Origin: Aquifex aeolicus VF5
Lineage (GTDB): Bacteria > Aquificota > Aquificia > Aquificales > Aquificaceae
Direction: 5' to 3'
Length of the DNA: 32,000 nucleotides
NCBI RefSeq assembly: GCF_000008625.1
Contig: NC_000918.1
Coordinates: forward strand, 810,001 to 842,000
The notes below the pieces were generated by a model. It had not been told where the DNA came from and searched no databases. It was given only the letters and a program-made list of their open reading frames with translations. Positions 27,092 to 32,000 of this stretch are shown piece by piece. The translations under genes were made by a program, and so were the position numbers. Every line of letters begins with the position of its first letter. The first letter of the stretch is position 1.

Positions 27092-28865
27092 TTTTATCCT
27101 GATGCTTTTGTCCGCGATAGGGAGTTTTATCGGAGTTGTTGGGAATCTTTTCAGGATCCAAGTTCTTGAGGGAAAGAAGTACAGGGAGCTTTCCGAGAGG
27201 AATTACGAGAGGGAAAGGTACCTTTACCCGCCGAGGGGGGATATATACGACAGGAACGGGGTCAAACTCGCTTACGACGTTCCTAAATACGTCCTCGTTC
27301 TTGACGCTTACAGACTCGGAAAAGAAGAACTCAAAAAGACCTTGGAAAACTTAAAGGAATTATTCGGAATTGAGATTGATAAAAGGAAAGTTCTCAAGGG
27401 GGGATTTGAACCGCAAGTGGTAAAGGAGGAGTTAACTCCCAAGGAGCTGGAAATATATTACGAAAACAAGGAAATACTTCCGGGAGTCTTTATAGAAGTT
27501 ATACCCAAAAGGGTTTACCCGTACGGGGAGCTTGCGTCTCATATTTTGGGATACGTGGGGTATCCCAACGAAAGGGACTTTAAAAGGATAAAGAAAGAAA
27601 TAGGGAGTAAAAGTTTTGTCGGGAAGATGGGAATAGAACGGGTGTTTGACGAAAAGCTACTCGGGGAACTCGGAAAGGAAAGGGTTATGGTAAACGCAAT
27701 TGGGGGAATAGTAAAAGTTCTCGAAAGGAGAGAACCGAAGAAAGGAAACTCCGTAAAGCTCACGATCGATTACAGATTTCAAAAAATAGTGGAGGAGGTT
27801 TTTAAGGAAAGCGGACACCCAGCGGGAGCCGTAATCCTTTTGAAAGCTTCCACAGGAGAAGTTCTCGCCCTTGCGAGTTTTCCCAACTTCAACCCGAACA
27901 AGGTTTACGAAGAGTGGAAAAGTCTCGTAAAAAATCCCTTGAAACCTCTCTTTAACAGGGCTATTAGGGGACTGTATCCGCCCGCTTCTGTCTTTAAAGT
28001 CCCTATGGCTTTTGCTACACTGAGTGCAAAGATAAGGAGTCCTTGGGAAAAGGTTTTTTGTCCCGGATACTACGAACTAGGGGACAGGAAATTTTACTGC
28101 TGGAGGAGGTGGGGACACGGTAAGGTGGATCTTATTAAAAGTCTTTCGGAATCATGCGACGTTTACTACTACACCGCAGGTTACAAACTTGGCCCTACTA
28201 AGATACGCTACTACGCCAAAAGGTTTTCTTACGGTGAACGTATTCCCTTTGAACTTCCCGTAAGGAAAGGTTTCATACCGACACCGAGGTGGAAACTCAG
28301 GCGCTTTAAAGAACCGTGGTACGATGGGGATACCGTTAACATGAGTATAGGGCAGGGATTTGTGCTGAGTAACTTAATGGAACAGACCTTAATGATGATG
28401 GGTATAGCGAATAACGGAGTTATATACAAACCGACGCTTTTGAAGGAAATACTCGACGATAAAGGAAACGTGATATTCAGAAATAAAAGGGAAGTCTGGA
28501 AAGCGGTTTACGGCAGTCTTGAGCATTTTGCTTTGATAAAGAGAGGATTGAGAGACGCGGTGAGAAAGGGAACCGCAAAACTCGCATTCTCCAGAATAGT
28601 GGACATAGCGGGAAAAACGGGAACCGCGGAAGTTTTCTTCAAAAATAAGAGAAAGATTAAAAAGAAGTACAAGAAAATGAGAAAGAAACTTCCCTGGAAG
28701 TACAGAAACCACGCGTGGTTTGTGGGATTTGCACCCTACAGGGACCCTAAATTCGTCATCGGAGTTTTTGTTGAGCACGGAGAGAGCGGAGGAAAAACAG
28801 CAGCCCCCATAGCAAGAAAGATTCTGGAGAGGATATACATAGAAAAACTCCATAAAGAACTTTAA
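27078..28865 (+). CDS. mrdA: Penicillin-binding protein 2
   Basis: 595 aa, RGDIYDRNG, YPPASVFKVPMAF (SxxK), SESCD, AGKTGTAE. Confidence 0.95.
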   Translation: MKRRSFILMLLSAIGSFIGVVGNLFRIQVLEGKKYRELSERNYERERYLYPPRGDIYDRNGVKLAYDVPKYVLVLDAYRLGKEELKKTLENLKELFGIEIDKRKVLKGGFEPQVVKEELTPKELEIYYENKEILPGVFIEVIPKRVYPYGELASHILGYVGYPNERDFKRIKKEIGSKSFVGKMGIERVFDEKLLGELGKERVMVNAIGGIVKVLERREPKKGNSVKLTIDYRFQKIVEEVFKESGHPAGAVILLKASTGEVLALASFPNFNPNKVYEEWKSLVKNPLKPLFNRAIRGLYPPASVFKVPMAFATLSAKIRSPWEKVFCPGYYELGDRKFYCWRRWGHGKVDLIKSLSESCDVYYYTAGYKLGPTKIRYYAKRFSYGERIPFELPVRKGFIPTPRWKLRRFKEPWYDGDTVNMSIGQGFVLSNLMEQTLMMMGIANNGVIYKPTLLKEILDDKGNVIFRNKREVWKAVYGSLEHFALIKRGLRDAVRKGTAKLAFSRIVDIAGKTGTAEVFFKNKRKIKKKYKKMRKKLPWKYRNHAWFVGFAPYRDPKFVIGVFVEHGESGGKTAAPIARKILERIYIEKLHKEL

Positions 28866-29845
28866 AGTTTTTTGTAGTAAGCCCCTTCCTGTACAACTTT
28901 TCCTTGAATTATTAAAGAACTAAGAATTTTGAAAACTTCTTTCCTTTCCCTTTTCAGGAAGCTAATCACCTCGTCGAAAGTTCTCGGAACACTCAGGAAC
29001 TCTAAGAGTTTGTCTTTTTCACTACTAAAGTCCAGTCTTTTTGCCTTCCCTTCTTCAATTAGCTTTAAGCAACCCTTCCACCTCTCCGAATGCTCGTCTC
29101 CCACATAGGCGTAAATCTCTCTTCCGTACCTGTGGGCGTAATCCGCGGTAATTAGAGCTCCACTCTTTGAACCTGCTTCCATAACAAACAACTTTTTTGA
29201 AAGACCCGCTATAATCCTGTTTCTCTTCGGAAAGGTCCATTTACTCCCTTCGGTCCAAGGAAGGAACTCGCTGACGAGCGATGCTCCCATACCCTTTAGT
29301 TTTTTAATCCTTGATTCAATTTTTAAAATTCCTGTACCCAGAATTACGAAATTTTTAAAACCATGTTTTAAACTTTCAAAATGAGCTTTGAAGTCTATCC
29401 CGACCGCACCGCCCGAAATTATCGGTCCCTCAATACTTTCAAGGAGCTTTTCAACGGCGTTTAAAGACAACTTTGAAGGTCTCCTCGTCCCGACAATTCC
29501 GTATCCTCCCTCAGGAGGCTCACCCTGATAAAAGAGGTAGGGAGGCGGTTCGTCTATCCCTTTCAAGATTTCTGGATACTCTTTATCCTCATAAAGAATA
29601 AATTTTATATCATTTTTATCAATAATATTTATTAACTTTTCCTCAAAATTCCTTTCAGTTTCTAAACTGAGTACTACTCTCTCCGCCCTTTTCGTACCGA
29701 GAAGGCGTTCCAGTTCTTTTTCGTTTAAGTTCCTTATGCTTTTGAAGTGGTAAAGTATCTTTTTTACACTCTTTAAACCTACGCCGTTAGTGTCCGCTAA
29801 TCTAACGTAGAGTACTAAATCCTCCAGTTTTCTAAGATTCGTCAT
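28862..29845 (-). CDS. dprA: DNA processing protein DprA
   Basis: 327 aa, YGIVGTRRPS, ISGGAVGIDFKAH, GSLVSEF-like ASLVSEFLPW, FPKRNRIIAGLSKKLFVMEAGSKSGALITADYA. Confidence 0.94.
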   Translation of the reverse strand: MTNLRKLEDLVLYVRLADTNGVGLKSVKKILYHFKSIRNLNEKELERLLGTKRAERVVLSLETERNFEEKLINIIDKNDIKFILYEDKEYPEILKGIDEPPPYLFYQGEPPEGGYGIVGTRRPSKLSLNAVEKLLESIEGPIISGGAVGIDFKAHFESLKHGFKNFVILGTGILKIESRIKKLKGMGASLVSEFLPWTEGSKWTFPKRNRIIAGLSKKLFVMEAGSKSGALITADYAHRYGREIYAYVGDEHSERWKGCLKLIEEGKAKRLDFSSEKDKLLEFLSVPRTFDEVISFLKRERKEVFKILSSLIIQGKVVQEGAYYKKL

Positions 29846-29856
29846 AAAATAGACCC

Positions 29857-29885
29857 TTGTAAAATTATTAAGGAATTTTTATATT
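29857..29885 (+). promoter_or_regulatory. Candidate sigma70-type promoter for the por operon
   Basis: TTGTAA (29857-29862), 17-bp spacer, TATATT (29880-29885), GGAGG and ATG at 29920 downstream. Confidence 0.6.
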
Positions 29886-29919
29886 TTAATTCACAAACTC
29901 TTTTCTGGAGGAAGAGGTA

Positions 29920-30159
29920 ATGTACTACGTTGCTCAAGTCATTAAAGATGAATGTTCAAAATACAACTGTAAGCAGTGTACCCTCTTTTGTCCCGAGCCT
30001 AATACTTTGATGTACACAGATGAAGGTCACCACGCTTACGTTAATACCTTGAGGTGCAAAGGTTGTGCCCTTTGCGTTTACGTGTGTTCTGAGCTCTTGA
30101 AGCGTGATTCCATTGAGATGGTTTACGCGGAAAACAGAGACGTTGCAGGTGTAAGGTAA
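29920..30159 (+). CDS. porE: Ferredoxin-like E-type subunit of pyruvate-type:ferredoxin oxidoreductase
   Basis: 79 aa, CSKYNCKQCTLFCPEP plus CKGCALCVYVC. Paralogous to forE at 12528. Confidence 0.85.
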   Translation: MYYVAQVIKDECSKYNCKQCTLFCPEPNTLMYTDEGHHAYVNTLRCKGCALCVYVCSELLKRDSIEMVYAENRDVAGVR

Positions 30160-30171
30160 GGAGGTATTAGA

Positions 30172-30741
30172 ATGGCAAAGTTAGGACCTGCAGGATATTC
30201 TCCCTATCCTGTGGCGGTTACGGAAGGTGTTTTAACCCCTCCTCCCGGAAAAGCTCTTATGTTCAACGAGATAGTGGACGAAGAAATCGCAATGAGGGAA
30301 GCCGCTAAGGCAATGCTCACAAGGGATAACCCCACCATATTCCCTGGACCTCAGGTACTATACGCCTGGAACGAGGAGGCGAAGGAAAAGGCTAAACTCG
30401 TAAGGAAGATGGCGGAAGTCCTCGGTGCAAAGATAATTCCCATGTACGACTACAGACCCAAGTATCCCAAAATTGACCCCGAAAAGGAAATAAATCCAAA
30501 CCATCCTAACCTCACCATATGGCACAACAAGATTAAGGCGTGCATATTCATAGGTGTTCACTGTCACTACGCAAACGTGGCTCTCAAGATAATAAGGGCA
30601 GAAACGGACTGCTTCACTATAGCCATGTGCAGTATGGCGGGACACGAGGACGCCATGATCACCTTGAGGGACCAGCACGTGGAGGACCTAGAGAAGTTTA
30701 TAAAGATTGCCGAAGAAGTTAAGAAGGAACTCGGCAAGTAA
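30172..30741 (+). CDS. porD: 2-oxoacid:ferredoxin oxidoreductase D-type subunit
   Basis: 189 aa, closely similar to the product at 9024-9743 along its full length. Confidence 0.78.
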   Translation: MAKLGPAGYSPYPVAVTEGVLTPPPGKALMFNEIVDEEIAMREAAKAMLTRDNPTIFPGPQVLYAWNEEAKEKAKLVRKMAEVLGAKIIPMYDYRPKYPKIDPEKEINPNHPNLTIWHNKIKACIFIGVHCHYANVALKIIRAETDCFTIAMCSMAGHEDAMITLRDQHVEDLEKFIKIAEEVKKELGK

Positions 30742-31283
30742 TGACTACAACTTTAAAGAAGTGGACCTACAAGGATTACTTAAAGCTTCCCGATGACAAG
30801 AGATACGAGATAATAAACGGAGAACTTTTAGAAGTGCCGGCTCCTACAACAACTCATCAAAGAATAGTAGGAAAATTATTCAGGATTTTAAGTGATTTTG
30901 TAGAAAGTAAAGAACTCGGTGAAGTTTTCGTTTCCCCCGTTGACGTAATTCTTTCCGAGGATAACGTGTTTCAACCGGACATTGTTTTCGTTTCCAAAGA
31001 CAGGAAGGAAATAATAAAGGAAAGAGGGATTTTCGGAGCTCCCGACCTTGTGATAGAAGTGATTTCCCCCTCTACACTGAAGAGGGATACCGAAGACAAG
31101 AAAAAGGTTTACGAGAAGGCTTGCGTAAAGGAATTGTGGCTCGTATTTCCGGGAGAAAAGGCGGTAGAGGTCTTCTTCAAGAAGGACAAGAATTACAAAG
31201 TTTGTTCCTTTGGTTATGAGAATTTAAGCATCCGATCATGTTTTTTAAAGGGCTTTGAACTAAATTTAAAGGAAATCTTTTAA
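30741..31283 (+). CDS. Uma2 family (DUF820) putative endonuclease
   Basis: 180 aa, YEIINGELLEVPAPTTTHQRIVGKLFRIL, FQPDIVFVSKD, GAPDLVIEVISPSTLKRDTEDKKKVYEKACVKELWLVFP. Start overlaps the porD stop (TAATG). Confidence 0.88.
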   Translation: MTTTLKKWTYKDYLKLPDDKRYEIINGELLEVPAPTTTHQRIVGKLFRILSDFVESKELGEVFVSPVDVILSEDNVFQPDIVFVSKDRKEIIKERGIFGAPDLVIEVISPSTLKRDTEDKKKVYEKACVKELWLVFPGEKAVEVFFKKDKNYKVCSFGYENLSIRSCFLKGFELNLKEIF

Positions 31284-31294
31284 GGAGGTGTGTT

Positions 31295-32000
31295 ATGGCA
31301 CAACAAGTAAAGACTGAAAAAGTCAGATACAATAGAATGGGCCAAAGAATTGTCTCACCCGATTACCTTCTCTTTGAAGCCCCCAGAACCAAACACTTCA
31401 TAACCGGTTCAGAAGCGGTTAAGGAAGCGGCAAAGAGGGCAAGCGTAGACGCTTCTATATCTTACCCCATCACTCCCCAGTCCGAAGCTGCACACATGCT
31501 CGGTGAGCTCTGGAGGGAAGGTTACATAGGCGTTTACTTCAGAGGGGAGTCCGAGTTCGGTGTTATGTCCGAAGTGGCCGGATGTGCAATGGCGGGAGCC
31601 AGAACCATAACCACCACTTCCGGACCCGGAACTATGAGGGCTATGGAAGTATTTCCCATGTGGGCAGGATCAAGACTTCCCATACAACTCGTTCTCATGG
31701 CAAGAGGTATAAACTCTCCACTCTCCATACAGCCCGATAACTTGGAAATATCCTTCCTTCTGGACACGGGATGTATGGTATGGCACGCGGAAACCGCTCA
31801 GGAACTATTTGACATGATTATCGCAGGATTTGTGGTAGCCGAACAACCTGACGTCCACGTTCCCATAATAACCGCGATAGACGGATTCTTTATATCTCAC
31901 ACAAGGGAAGCTGTCTACCTACCACCAGAAGATATAGCATTACCTCCGTACAACCCCTATAAGGCACCCATGCCCCCGATAGACATGGAAATGCCTCCCG
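31295..32000 (+). CDS. porA: Pyruvate-type:ferredoxin oxidoreductase alpha subunit (3' truncated by window)
   Basis: Reading from ATG at 31295: MAQQVKTEKVRYNRMGQRIVSPDYLLFEAPRTKHFITGSEAVKEAAKRASVDASISYPITPQSEAAH... Open to the window edge. GGAGG overlaps the preceding stop. Paralogous to forA. Confidence 0.9.
   Translation, partial: MAQQVKTEKVRYNRMGQRIVSPDYLLFEAPRTKHFITGSEAVKEAAKRASVDASISYPITPQSEAAHMLGELWREGYIGVYFRGESEFGVMSEVAGCAMAGARTITTTSGPGTMRAMEVFPMWAGSRLPIQLVLMARGINSPLSIQPDNLEISFLLDTGCMVWHAETAQELFDMIIAGFVVAEQPDVHVPIITAIDGFFISHTREAVYLPPEDIALPPYNPYKAPMPPIDMEMPP

Noticed and set aside
28858-28873. AACTTTAAAGTT-TTTT as terminator of mrdA
   Set aside because: It is a short A/T palindrome with little loop space and would be a very weak stem in a thermophile. 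Not enough to call.
30741-31283. Uma2 gene as part of a classic restriction-modification or defence island
   Set aside because: No methyltransferase, specificity subunit or other defence gene is adjacent. It is flanked on both sides by por genes.
31534-31767. 77-aa minus-strand ORF opposite porA
   Set aside because: It lies opposite the clearly conserved alpha-subunit sequence.

Overview
The window is a compact, thermophile-type bacterial chromosome segment. Its content (reverse gyrase, HypC/HypD/HoxX, five-subunit 2-oxoacid:ferredoxin oxidoreductases, split CarB) strongly resembles an Aquifex-like member of the Aquificales; this is from recognition, no search was run. Gene content from left to right: metK (3' part); minus-strand hypC-hypD-hoxX-hisZ; reverse gyrase; a small unknown gene; a complete forDABGE-type operon; an unknown ORF; the C-terminal half of a split carB; a 27-aa predicted membrane microprotein; sixA; rlpA; purF; a DUF5335-like gene; murG (minus); purE-ahcY; a minus-strand flagellar operon (unknown secreted protein, FliK-like, TPR protein, flgB, flgC, fliE, fliF); mreD-mrdA; dprA (minus); and the start of a paralogous por operon interrupted by a Uma2/DUF820-family gene. 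Most of the window is housekeeping. The best candidates for a second look are the Uma2 gene coupled inside the por operon, the unannotated 27-aa membrane ORF before sixA, the poorly characterised D and E subunits of the oxidoreductases, the unknown genes in the flagellar operon, and repeated signs of very short or leaderless 5' UTRs. No CRISPR array, IS element, prophage or RNA gene was recognised. I do not see a clear new defence or mobile system.
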